A stretch of DNA of 25,481 nt, taken from a virus (Duplodnaviria; Caudoviricetes). The notes under the pieces were generated by a model. It searched no databases, was not told the origin of the DNA, and saw only the letters and a program-made list of their open reading frames with translations. The position numbers and the translations under genes are program-made. The stretch lies in IMG/VR virus record IMGVR_UViG_3300032218_002669, positions 1 to 25,481 of that record; one strand, written 5' to 3'. Position 1 is the first letter of the stretch. Every line of letters starts with the position of its first letter. Below, piece after piece: positions 1 through 9,047 of this stretch.

Positions 1-5
1 CCAAG

Positions 6-176
6 TCAACCCTCATAAACCAACTCACCACGAAGTTCTGCAAGTTTTGCTTGAGCAAATGCTTCAACGCACGTCCAATAGGTTTCGCCACTTACAAGAT
101 TTCCATCAGTGAAATGAGCAGCAGTATCTTCTTGCAGTCCTTTCAGTTCATCCAGTTGGTCACGATTGATTTGCAT
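6..176 (-). CDS. small hypothetical protein (56 aa), probable early gene; not in ORF track
   Basis: Hand translation MQINRDQLDELKGLQEDTAAHFTDGNLVSGETYWTCVEAFAQAKLAELRGELVYEG*. It lies directly downstream of a sigma70-like promoter (204-232) and uses CGT/CTG codons like gp32. Confidence 0.75.
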   Translation of the reverse strand: MQINRDQLDELKGLQEDTAAHFTDGNLVSGETYWTCVEAFAQAKLAELRGELVYEG

Positions 177-203
177 TTGTTTATGGGGGTTGCTTACCTA
201 CCC

Positions 204-232
204 ATCATAGCATCAAGAGCAGCACTCTGCAA
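204..232 (-). promoter_or_regulatory. sigma70-type (early) promoter overlapping the 3' end of the upstream gene
   Basis: Minus strand TTGCAG (232-227), 17-nt spacer, TATGAT (209-204), with extended -10 TG (TGC-TATGAT). Confidence 0.65.
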
Positions 233-896
233 GTTTTGTGGACAGTTCCTGAACTGTCTCCTTGAGAGTATTGATTTGTTCTTGTTGCTCTTTAACTGCT
301 TCTATTAACAGAGCAGTAAGATGAGAATATTGAATATCCTTCAAATCAGAATAGATGTCATAATCAACCACCACTTCAGGAACTACTTTTTCTACATCCT
401 GAGCTATTAATCCAATAGTTGCTTGATTTTTATTTTTATTTTCTTCTATCCAATCATATTTTACTCCTTGTAGTTGTAAAACTTTATCTAAAGAGTTTGT
501 AAGAGGTTCAATATTTTTCTTTAATCTTATATCAGAACCTGGGGTTGTTCTAATAATACCACCATTATATCTCCAAACTCCAGATAAATCACCAGATATA
601 GAAGATAATCCAAAACTTGGTGCAGCACTTGCATTTGCTGGTTCTGCATTTGCCTGTCCACCAAGACCCGTTTTAAATCCAAACAAACTTGAAAAACCAG
701 TGATGCTCTGCAATCCTATACCATTATATAATCCAATCTGATTAGTCAATGCAAAGTGATTATTGATACCAAAGGTTTGTAAACTAAATGGCGCAGTTGG
801 ATCCATAGATGGCCAAATATCTACACCAGCAATAGGAGGAGCACCTGCCAATCCTACTTGAATAGATTCTGTTTCTATAGTATTAATGTGTGCCAT
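213..896 (-). CDS. spike/fibre-associated protein with C-terminal intramolecular chaperone (Peptidase S74) domain
   Basis: SDIRLKKNI..L..LQGVKYDW..IGLIAQDVEKVVPEVV..IQYSHLTALLIEAVKEQQEQI followed by a coiled coil is the S74 signature. The N-terminus is Gly-rich. It follows the gp5 ORFs. Confidence 0.85.
   Translation of the reverse strand: MAHINTIETESIQVGLAGAPPIAGVDIWPSMDPTAPFSLQTFGINNHFALTNQIGLYNGIGLQSITGFSSLFGFKTGLGGQANAEPANASAAPSFGLSSISGDLSGVWRYNGGIIRTTPGSDIRLKKNIEPLTNSLDKVLQLQGVKYDWIEENKNKNQATIGLIAQDVEKVVPEVVVDYDIYSDLKDIQYSHLTALLIEAVKEQQEQINTLKETVQELSTKLAECCS
241..258. repeat. perfect 8-bp inverted repeat, possible operator
   Basis: GACAGTTC-CT-GAACTGTC, just upstream of the -35 box at 227-232. 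Confidence 0.55.
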
Positions 897-899
897 AGT

Positions 900-1448
900 T
901 TAAAAATAATCTGGAAATAGATTTGAAAGTAAAATATCTGTAAAATCCGATAAACTTGTAGGAATTAATTTTGTTTTTGGTTCACTGATATTTACACTAC
1001 CACCTCTAATATTGAGGCTACCTTTGCTATAAATTGCCATTCTGGTTCTTGCACCAATAGCAACCACTGAACCATCAATTCTAACAGTATCTCCTGCTTC
1101 TAATTTTAAATTTCCATTAGATCTAATTACAAGATCCTGATCTGTTCCTGTAGATTCATATCTAATAGTCCTTGCTGCAAATGTTATTTCTCCACCACCA
1201 GCATCAAATCTAATATTATTTGCCTTAATAACTAAACCTTCTTTACACTGACTAATAATATTATCAGCATGTTGTCCTGTTGCTTGTCCTTGAATTTCAA
1301 ATCCACCATCCTCATATAATTTTATACAAGCATTTGAGGTTGCATGAAGTTCAATTTGTCTTTTTCTTGATACATTATCATCTGTTCCAATAAAAATTGT
1401 ACCAGAAGCAGCATCATTTAATACATATCCAGTTTTAGGTTCAGGCAT
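900..1448 (-). CDS. gp5 C-terminal-like beta-helix spike protein (separate ORF)
   Basis: DDNVSRKRQIELHATSNACIKLYEDGG resembles the post-lysozyme segment of T4 gp5, followed by short beta repeats (GNLKLEAGDTVRIDGS, GSLNIRGGSVNI). Overlaps the gp5 ORF by 8 nt. Confidence 0.6.
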   Translation of the reverse strand: MPEPKTGYVLNDAASGTIFIGTDDNVSRKRQIELHATSNACIKLYEDGGFEIQGQATGQHADNIISQCKEGLVIKANNIRFDAGGGEITFAARTIRYESTGTDQDLVIRSNGNLKLEAGDTVRIDGSVVAIGARTRMAIYSKGSLNIRGGSVNISEPKTKLIPTSLSDFTDILLSNLFPDYF

Positions 1449-3471
1449 GATCTTCAGTACAAAGAATTACTTGTTTAATATCACCTGTACTTGGAGTATA
1501 AGGTTCAACAGGTTTAAAGTTTAGGATTGGTTGAAGGATTGCTCCTTCACCATCTTGAGTATTTATTGATAGTTGTGGGAATACTCTAATTGCAGAACCT
1601 GGATTGACTATATTAGTTCCAATAATTCTTCCACTTGGATCTACAATAGGATAGATTTCAACATCACTATTACAAGCAATATCAGTGATCAAATTAGTAG
1701 ATGCATATCCAACGCCAGTATTCAGAATATTAACTCCAACTATAGTTCCAATAACATCAGAACCAGTTTCATCAACTGGATTTGTTGTGCAAGGAGTAGT
1801 AATAGAACTTGGACCAATATATCCAGAACCTGGATTTTCTATGGTAACCGAAATAACTTGTCCAGTTGAACCAATCCCTGCTGTTGCTACTGCACCAGTT
1901 CCATTGCCACAAGGATCTTGAATAGAAACATATGGAGGAGCTGCATATCCAGTCCCAGAATTTTGAATATTAATTCCCATCAACTGACCTAATGCATCAA
2001 CAACTGCCACACCAGTTGCTCCAGAACCTCCACCACCAAAGAATTGAATAGTAGGTAATCCACAATCTAAGTTAATTGCATCACAATATCCATAAGTGGC
2101 AGATAAGTATGAGTAAGGAACATCAGAATTGCCTCCACCAGTAATACCAAGCCATTTTTCTGCTGCTTTTTTGCCATCAGTAATTGCTGTACTTGGATAG
2201 TTAAGTGTTTTTTGGAATCCATCTATTGTTTCTTGAGGAATATATCCCTTATTCATTTGATAATTTAATGCTTCCTTACATTCAGCACTTTCACAACTTA
2301 AGAATGAAAGTGCCTGATTTGCATAACCTAATGCTAAAGAAGTATAGTTAGAAATTTGTCCTAATACTGGACTTAATGTAGATGAAATTTCTTCAAGTAC
2401 AGGAGAAAGTGCATTACTAACTTCATTATTAATTGTGGACATAATGCTTCCAACAAATGCTTCTGCTGCACAAATAGGTATATTTGAAACTGCTCCAACT
2501 AATTGAGTGAGGAAATTAAAAACAAATTCTCCAATTTTTTGTATGGTTTTTGAAAATACACACCAAATACCATCTATAATTTTATCAGTAGCAATTTGTT
2601 TAAAAAGTTTAACATCTTTAGGAAGAAGTTTATCTATTTCTTTTTCTAACCATTTTTGAATTTTTGCAATAAGTTTATCTCTTCTATCTTTCATATACTC
2701 ACTAAACAAATCAGATATTGCTGTGGAAACTTCTTGTACTAATCCAGGAATATCTTGAATTGTATTTAAAGCTGGATTAATAAATCCAGTTTGTACTTGT
2801 TGTATTGTCCTTAAAGTTTTAATAAATTTTCTTAATGCTTGTATTATCTTTGAGTAAGTACTTTTTGAACTTTTGCAAGTTGGTGGTATTGATACTACAA
2901 ATTGATTACTTGCTTTTTTATCTGATCTTCCAGTATCAGTTGCAACTGTTCCTTGACTAATTACAACAGTTGATCCAATACCAACTGAACCTGTGTTATA
3001 TGGAATCCCACTTCCTCCGGGATTGGTTTTTCCAGTTTCTGAAGATCTATTGAGTGGATTTTTTATTGAATCTTTTTTTGCTTTAAATGGTTTAAATCCA
3101 TTAGTACCTTCATCAAATCCATTAGGATGTTCAATTGTATATCCAGTAAATAATGACCCAATAATTACAGGCTGCTGTCCATTATCACCATCCATAAAGA
3201 ACCCAATAACAGTTTCAGATCCTCTGGAATTGAAACTAACACCAGTGCCACCATCACCAGATCCCATATTCAAGGGAACTAATACATGTGCCCAAGGAAG
3301 TTCTTCATCTTTAACTACACTTGCAGCATCAGGATGATACCCTATAATTCTAACTTTGGCTTTATAACCACCATTATCTAATTGTTTATACTTGGTAGTA
3401 ATTCCAATAAACCATCTAAAAGATTCTTTACCTAAAAAGTTGGGACTAATTAGGGACTGTTCAAGCATCAT
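1441..3471 (-). CDS. gp5: baseplate hub/spike protein gp5 (N-terminal OB fold; no lysozyme domain seen)
   Basis: FRWFIG..KVRIIGYH..LPWAHVLVP..VIGFFMDGDNGQQPVIIGS is the gp5 OB-fold signature. It is followed by a helical middle region and NxGxGY repeats. Confidence 0.85.
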   Translation of the reverse strand: MMLEQSLISPNFLGKESFRWFIGITTKYKQLDNGGYKAKVRIIGYHPDAASVVKDEELPWAHVLVPLNMGSGDGGTGVSFNSRGSETVIGFFMDGDNGQQPVIIGSLFTGYTIEHPNGFDEGTNGFKPFKAKKDSIKNPLNRSSETGKTNPGGSGIPYNTGSVGIGSTVVISQGTVATDTGRSDKKASNQFVVSIPPTCKSSKSTYSKIIQALRKFIKTLRTIQQVQTGFINPALNTIQDIPGLVQEVSTAISDLFSEYMKDRRDKLIAKIQKWLEKEIDKLLPKDVKLFKQIATDKIIDGIWCVFSKTIQKIGEFVFNFLTQLVGAVSNIPICAAEAFVGSIMSTINNEVSNALSPVLEEISSTLSPVLGQISNYTSLALGYANQALSFLSCESAECKEALNYQMNKGYIPQETIDGFQKTLNYPSTAITDGKKAAEKWLGITGGGNSDVPYSYLSATYGYCDAINLDCGLPTIQFFGGGGSGATGVAVVDALGQLMGINIQNSGTGYAAPPYVSIQDPCGNGTGAVATAGIGSTGQVISVTIENPGSGYIGPSSITTPCTTNPVDETGSDVIGTIVGVNILNTGVGYASTNLITDIACNSDVEIYPIVDPSGRIIGTNIVNPGSAIRVFPQLSINTQDGEGAILQPILNFKPVEPYTPSTGDIKQVILCTEDHA

Positions 3472-3680
3472 ACGTCATATACCTTACATTCTAATGCATC
3501 TGGATTTTCATCACAATACAATTCCAAAGGAGTTGGATCATGCTCATCCTCTGGATGATTAGCATGATACTTTTCAAGTGAATCCAATTCATTCTCTATA
3601 TGTCTACGTCTTTGAGATGAGATCATAGGATTGTTGAGTTCATCCTGATCTTGTTTGATGTGGTCGTTAATGTTAGTCAT
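3468..3680 (-). CDS. cp12: CP12 Calvin-cycle inhibitor (phage type, auxiliary metabolic gene)
   Basis: 70 aa acidic protein ending DPTPLELYCDENPDALECKVYDV (C-terminal CP12 Cys pair), with the cyanophage-type QRRRHIExEL segment. Confidence 0.9.
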   Translation of the reverse strand: MTNINDHIKQDQDELNNPMISSQRRRHIENELDSLEKYHANHPEDEHDPTPLELYCDENPDALECKVYDV

Positions 3681-5014
3681 TTTGGTGGTTCTCCATAAGA
3701 ATCTCTGATTAATTTAAGTCCTGTCCATCCTTGATTTTGTTCAAACAAATGAGACAATTCTTTAATCAAATAATATCCAGATTTTTGTTTATCTTCTGTT
3801 CCTGCTTTTGAACTATCTTTTGAAATATTTACAAACTTCAATTCAACTATATTACCTACAGTTAAATTTAAATTTAATGGTACTGTTATATTTAATGTTT
3901 GAGAGAATGCTAAATTGTATCTTGCTACAGATTGTGACTGATATAATGTTGTATTATCTTTAGAGTTATTTATTGTTCCAGTTACACTATCCAAAGTATA
4001 ATCATCTAAGATCCTAACCATAACTCTGGAAGGACTTTCATCAAGTTTCAAAGGAACTTGTGGGGGTTTATTTGCACCTGAAGCATGAGACATGAATTCA
4101 TAACTGTCTTTTAATTTATACTTATGAACTTGAAACTTTCTTTCATTAACATCAAAGAAATAATTATTACTAGAATACATACCAATTCTCAAGTTTTCCA
4201 TAATGTTTACATTCTTTTGAAACACAGGAATACTTGCAATCCTAAAATTGCTTCTTGGATCTGCTTCTTGAGAAACTACTTGAGAAGAAAAGTACGTAGT
4301 AATGCCAACTTTATTTGTGGTATTTAATTTAAATCCACTAAACAAAGAATCTACACTTTTAAAATTAAACCCATCTTTATTTTGATAAAAAAGAAATCCT
4401 GCTGTTCCTACTTCTGGGCTTGATTTAGATTTTGCTGGAATTGATTTTGGACATAACCAAGTTAATACAGTAAAGGGTCGTTTGTTATTTCCCATAAAAG
4501 TATAATCATACGCAGTTTTTTCTATGTTATCTGTTTTATAGTTTGTGGTTTTTAAAACATCTTTTAATATCTTGTTTACTGTATCCCCAATATTACCTGT
4601 ATACTTTGATATTACTCTTGAAGTTTCATTTGTAAAAACTTCAGCAGGACATAACTCAATACTTAAAGATTCTCTAGAAGCTTCTGTAGTTGATCCATGA
4701 ACCTTGTAAATGTAATATACATTCTTAGTTTCATCAAGAGTTATTGTTTGTTTATTGTTTCCTGGTTGTTCTATTACTAATCTTACTCTTTCTCCCCCTT
4801 GAATACCAGGAGACATTTTACCATTTTCATTTGGTAATGATGTTAAAAGACCTCCAGTATTCACAAGTACCATAGAAATAAAAATGGATGGTGAAAATAG
4901 ATCCTCATAGTATTGAACAGCAGACACACAACTTGTTGCATCTATTACATTTACACCATCCGAAGATTCAATTAAGAATTCTCTAATCTTATAATTTAAA
5001 AAAGATTCAGTCAT
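3677..5014 (-). CDS. baseplate hub protein (gp27-like)
   Basis: YYEDLFSP, GGERVRL, FLFYQNKDGFNFKSVDSL and C-terminal LNITVPLNLNLTVG..SGYYLIKELSHLF motifs. Synteny upstream of gp5. Confidence 0.7.
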   Translation of the reverse strand: MTESFLNYKIREFLIESSDGVNVIDATSCVSAVQYYEDLFSPSIFISMVLVNTGGLLTSLPNENGKMSPGIQGGERVRLVIEQPGNNKQTITLDETKNVYYIYKVHGSTTEASRESLSIELCPAEVFTNETSRVISKYTGNIGDTVNKILKDVLKTTNYKTDNIEKTAYDYTFMGNNKRPFTVLTWLCPKSIPAKSKSSPEVGTAGFLFYQNKDGFNFKSVDSLFSGFKLNTTNKVGITTYFSSQVVSQEADPRSNFRIASIPVFQKNVNIMENLRIGMYSSNNYFFDVNERKFQVHKYKLKDSYEFMSHASGANKPPQVPLKLDESPSRVMVRILDDYTLDSVTGTINNSKDNTTLYQSQSVARYNLAFSQTLNITVPLNLNLTVGNIVELKFVNISKDSSKAGTEDKQKSGYYLIKELSHLFEQNQGWTGLKLIRDSYGEPPK

Positions 5015-6921
5015 TATGCTACAGTATTGAGAAGTACTCTCTTATAGAAACTATTTAACAGGTCTTGTTCAGATGGTCCCATGATCATCATGGGTGCAGA
5101 AGATCCACCTTGCATCATTTGTTGCTGTTGTTCTAATGAAATTGGCAATGGAATAATTGCTCCTTCACCATAAGCACTTGGAGAATACCTTGTATATTGA
5201 TTGATATTTGGTGTTTGTCTTGGTGTTGAGGATACTGATGAGAAGGATGGTACTCCAGTCAATAAAGACTTAACTTCTGTATAATTTAGGTATTTTGTTT
5301 GTTCTCTATCCTCAACAAATCCAACATGAACATGAGCAACATTATTAGCTACTCCACTTTTTCCAATAAAATCACCAGCATTTATTTTAACATTAGATTT
5401 ATTTTTCAAATTAGCAGCAAGTTCATATAAATGTGTAGCATAAAAATAATTTACTTGTTTTCCAGCATACATAAATGGTTTATCCAATTTAATTCTAACA
5501 CTATGCTGATCTTGCTTACCTGACATAAATGGGTTTGCATCTTGTCCCATCTGCCTCACATGACCTTTTTCTGCATATTCTAATGTACCACTAACAGGAG
5601 AAACTACATTTGAACCAACTGGTGTCAATATATCTAACCCAGTATCAGCAGCATATCCACCTCTATTTCTTGCTATATTTTGGGATGGAACTGGATTAAC
5701 CAGTCCAGTTGGAGATGGGGATACTGGAAGATTATCATCTGAAGGATCTCCCCCACCACCTCCTCCACTTCCATTATAACTATATGCAAATGATAAAAAT
5801 TTATTAATTACTCTTTCATACTTATCTAATGAATCTGAAAAAGATTTATTTCCTATTTTACCTGTTGATGATTTTGGTTTATTAGCACCTGTAAGCATAT
5901 CTGCAATACCACCAGCAAGAGATGAACCTGCAAATGAACCTATCAAACCTCCAATAATTGCTCCAGGAACAGCACCAATTCCTCCAAATGCAGCACCTAT
6001 TGCTGCACCAATAGCAGCACCTGCTTCCCATCCAGCAATACCTCCAATTGCTCCACCTGCTGCACCAGCTCCAGCTTGAAGATTGGTTTGTCCTTCGGAT
6101 TTTCTACTCATAAAATCAAATCCAGCAAAGGCAACATCTAATAATCCAACTCCTCCACGAGCACCTTTAAGTAATCCTCTACCTGCTGTCTCTTCAACAC
6201 CTCTTGCTGCTGCTCTTTCTGCTGTTCTTTCACCAACTCCCTCTACAGTTCTTGTAAAGTTTCTATATTCTTTTGCAGTTTTTACAGAATATCCACCACC
6301 TCTAACTAATGCTCTTTGTGCTGCTTCTTCTGCGCTCAATCCTGCTTTTCTATACCTATCAAAATTCTTTAAAGCAACCTCTTCACCTTTGGTAAGATTT
6401 TTACTTTTAGAAAGTTTCTTAATTAAATCTTCATAACCTCTTCCAATACCAACTGATTTTAATGCACTTTTTGCTCCAAACTTTAAAAGTTTAGGTCCAA
6501 ATATTATTGATGCCAGTGCTAATCCAGGACCAATCATTCCAAACACATCACCCTTTGCCAACTTACTTGCTGCATTAAATGCTGCTAATTGTGCAATTGA
6601 TTTTAATGGATCGTTTTTTGGAACAAAAAGACTACCAGCAAATGGTTTAATATTTGGAACAATACTTTTACCTTTTTGTTTTCTTCTTTTCTCTAATTTT
6701 TTATCACTTTCTTTATTAATAGTATCCAATCTTTTCTTATATCTGTTCAATACAGATAGTTGTGTTCTCCTTTGATATGCACCTGTTTCAAAAATCTTTC
6801 TCAACTTAGCAGAAGACCTTTCTATCTGCTTAGAAGATTCAACAAGATTATTAATCTTGGATACTTTAGCAACAACTTTTGGTTGCTTTGGTGGTGCATT
6901 TAAAAGTTTTTGAGTATCCAT
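5014..6921 (-). CDS. hub/tape-measure-like virion protein with glycine zipper and M23-family peptidase domain
   Basis: Glycine zipper GAGAAGGAIGGIAGWEAGAAIGAAIG. M23-like segment DTGLDI.TPVGSNVVSPVSG..YATHL..AGDFIGKSG..AHVHVG. Confidence 0.7.
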   Translation of the reverse strand: MDTQKLLNAPPKQPKVVAKVSKINNLVESSKQIERSSAKLRKIFETGAYQRRTQLSVLNRYKKRLDTINKESDKKLEKRRKQKGKSIVPNIKPFAGSLFVPKNDPLKSIAQLAAFNAASKLAKGDVFGMIGPGLALASIIFGPKLLKFGAKSALKSVGIGRGYEDLIKKLSKSKNLTKGEEVALKNFDRYRKAGLSAEEAAQRALVRGGGYSVKTAKEYRNFTRTVEGVGERTAERAAARGVEETAGRGLLKGARGGVGLLDVAFAGFDFMSRKSEGQTNLQAGAGAAGGAIGGIAGWEAGAAIGAAIGAAFGGIGAVPGAIIGGLIGSFAGSSLAGGIADMLTGANKPKSSTGKIGNKSFSDSLDKYERVINKFLSFAYSYNGSGGGGGGDPSDDNLPVSPSPTGLVNPVPSQNIARNRGGYAADTGLDILTPVGSNVVSPVSGTLEYAEKGHVRQMGQDANPFMSGKQDQHSVRIKLDKPFMYAGKQVNYFYATHLYELAANLKNKSNVKINAGDFIGKSGVANNVAHVHVGFVEDREQTKYLNYTEVKSLLTGVPSFSSVSSTPRQTPNINQYTRYSPSAYGEGAIIPLPISLEQQQQMMQGGSSAPMMIMGPSEQDLLNSFYKRVLLNTVA

Positions 6922-6924
6922 TTA

Positions 6925-8871
6925 TCAAACAATCTGGTAGATTAATTTTGAATATAATGCTAAAAAGTTTTCAGGATAATTAGTGTTTATAGTAGGAACT
7001 ACATCATTTGATCCAATTGATTCTGAATTTTGTCCTGCTGCACCAGAAGAAACTGGTAATGGTACAATTGTAGGACCTCCTGATGATGGTGCTGGAAGAT
7101 TTCTTCTTGCTGCTAAAGTAGCAGCTGCTTCCACAGATGGTAATGTTACAGGAGGGGGAGCACCTCCTTTATTATAATAAGAAGCTCTTTGCCCAAAATA
7201 TCTAAGAGCTTCATTTGCTTTATATTTTTGAAGTCCTGTCCAAGTATTTCCCTTCAATCTATTAATGGCACTTTGAACTTTTACAGAATCTCCACTCTGT
7301 ATTTCATCCAAAACCCCAAGATCTTTCATGTATTGAACTGCTATTATATCTTGACTTGCTGGGTTTACATCAGTAATTCCTAATCTTTGTGCTATTGGAT
7401 TGTAAGTAGTAGGTTTAAATTGATATCTTCCAAAAGGAGTGCTTCCTGATTGGAGTTGAGAATAATCGTCAAAGGTTCCTCCACCAAACTTTCTATTATA
7501 AGCTCCTCCAGATTCTGGTTTTGCAAGAACATCTAAAAATGCTTTTACATTTGGATCTGATACTGCAGCAGTAACATCTTGAGATACACTTCCAGGAGTT
7601 GGTGTGGGATTGGGACTAGTCCCACCACTTAAAAGTCTGTTAACTGCCCTTTCAAATTTATCATTTATATCATCAAATTTTTTTAATAAATCTTCAGGCA
7701 TTAAAAGATCTCCACCTTGACTTTCCTGTTTAGATGTGATCATATCATTTACTCTTTGTGCTTCTCCACCACCTCCAAAAATCTTTCCTCCAATAGCAAG
7801 AGCACCTGCTGCAAGACCTGCTCCTAATGCAAACCTTCCTCCACCTCTTGCAAGTCTTGCTATAGGTTTTGCTTCTCTTGCAACACCACCAAATCCTCTG
7901 AAAATACCACCAGACCTTCTTCCTCCTCCAAGAAATAATCTTTCCCCTAAACTTTTTGCAACCTTTCCACCAACAACCATTCCAATAGCAGGAAGATATG
8001 ATGCAGTAATACCAGTCAAAGAACCCAATATTTTCATTGGGTCTCCAGTCATTATACCTTCAATAAGATTTAATCCAGCAAGAGCTCTAATAGCACCACC
8101 AGTTCCACTAAAGAAACTACCTACATACTTTTTAATTATTCCAGATAAATCAACTTTATCACTACCAAGTTCTTTCTTTCCTAATATTCTCCCACGATTA
8201 GCAACTCTTTTTCTATAATCTTCTATCTCTTTTTTATTGGTTTCCTTTGTAGTTTTATAATCTTCTTTAACTACTTCTATAATTTTTTCAAGATTGTTAT
8301 TAGATTGCTCTAAATTTAAAGTTAATCTACCTAAAGAAGTAATAACTCCTCTTGGAGCATTTGTTACAGGTTCATTTTCTCCACCTCCCAATTCAGATGG
8401 AGATGAAATTTTTTCTGCTATTTGTTGAGGAATAGTTTTCTTTGGTATTATACTGGATATAGATGTTGTTTTAGCACGTATTGTTTTCCCTGGTCTAAAT
8501 GAAGTAGCACCTGAAATAAATGATTTTGCCTTTTCCTTTTTTTCAGAAGGAGCATTTGATGAAACTCCAAAATAATAATTCCACAGAAAAATGGCATAAT
8601 CTTGACCTTGAGACAATCCTTTTGCATCAGTAGGACTTAGAGTTCCTTCTAAAGGAATAGGAAAATCTTTAGTTGACTTACTTAATGCTCCAAATATAAC
8701 ATTAACAATACTTTCTGGTTTTATATCTTTACCTTGAGATAAAGCTTCAACGCTAATTGGATATCTATTAATTTCTAAAATATTTTTAAGGATACCACGC
8801 TTCCATTGCTCTTGTCTACCAGGAGACCAATCTTTAAAAGGTTGTTCGTATGACTTAATAATAGATGTCAT
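6925..8871 (-). CDS. hub/tape-measure-like virion protein with lambda-R-type lysozyme domain
   Basis: VKAFLDVLAKPESGG.YN..FGG, STPFGRYQF, QDIIAVQYM and WTGL match lambda-lysozyme-type motifs. Has hydrophobic Gly-rich segments and sits downstream of gp26/gp51. Confidence 0.7.
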   Translation of the reverse strand: MTSIIKSYEQPFKDWSPGRQEQWKRGILKNILEINRYPISVEALSQGKDIKPESIVNVIFGALSKSTKDFPIPLEGTLSPTDAKGLSQGQDYAIFLWNYYFGVSSNAPSEKKEKAKSFISGATSFRPGKTIRAKTTSISSIIPKKTIPQQIAEKISSPSELGGGENEPVTNAPRGVITSLGRLTLNLEQSNNNLEKIIEVVKEDYKTTKETNKKEIEDYRKRVANRGRILGKKELGSDKVDLSGIIKKYVGSFFSGTGGAIRALAGLNLIEGIMTGDPMKILGSLTGITASYLPAIGMVVGGKVAKSLGERLFLGGGRRSGGIFRGFGGVAREAKPIARLARGGGRFALGAGLAAGALAIGGKIFGGGGEAQRVNDMITSKQESQGGDLLMPEDLLKKFDDINDKFERAVNRLLSGGTSPNPTPTPGSVSQDVTAAVSDPNVKAFLDVLAKPESGGAYNRKFGGGTFDDYSQLQSGSTPFGRYQFKPTTYNPIAQRLGITDVNPASQDIIAVQYMKDLGVLDEIQSGDSVKVQSAINRLKGNTWTGLQKYKANEALRYFGQRASYYNKGGAPPPVTLPSVEAAATLAARRNLPAPSSGGPTIVPLPVSSGAAGQNSESIGSNDVVPTINTNYPENFLALYSKLIYQIV

Positions 8872-9047
8872 CTATTTGCTTTGGCTGCTTTTTCTTCTTC
8901 GTCTCTAATATGATTTTCCAATAATGCTAAGTAGATTTCTCTTTCCCAAGGAATCATATTTTCAATATCACTCAAAGAATATTTATGATACTGCATCAAG
9001 GCAAAATTAATTCTATAATAAGTTTCTAAGTCCTCATGACTTAGCAT
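8868..9047 (-). CDS. gp51: baseplate hub assembly catalyst gp51 (59 aa); not in ORF track
   Basis: Hand translation MLSHEDLETYYRINFALMQYHKYSLSDIENMIPWEREIYLALLENHIRDEEEKAAKANR*. TAATG overlap with gp26 and ATGA overlap with the next gene. Confidence 0.9.
   Translation of the reverse strand: MLSHEDLETYYRINFALMQYHKYSLSDIENMIPWEREIYLALLENHIRDEEEKAAKANR

Noticed and set aside
184-205. Possible hairpin ATGGG..CCCAT near the 6-176 leader
   Set aside because: Short and interrupted, and half of it lies upstream of the predicted transcription start.
51-308. 85-aa plus-strand ORF
   Set aside because: It is antisense to two better-supported minus-strand genes and has no motif or SD.
1573-4327. Plus-strand ORFs (1573, 1685, 2993, 4124)
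   Set aside because: Shadow ORFs opposite gp5 and the hub gene, with no recognisable motifs.
5930-6075. GCAGCACC-like imperfect tandem repeats
   Set aside because: Explained by the glycine-zipper protein sequence. There is no repeat-spacer structure, so it is not CRISPR or a VNTR.
6083-8218. Pro-rich plus-strand ORFs (6083, 6983, 7189, 7736)
   Set aside because: Antisense mirror of Gly/Ala-rich coding sequence (GGA/GGT codons give TCC/ACC/CCx). Not evidence of real genes.
8980-8986. ATAAATA late-promoter motif inside gp51
   Set aside because: It coincides with the conserved HKY codons and is expected by chance in AT-rich DNA, so it cannot be supported.
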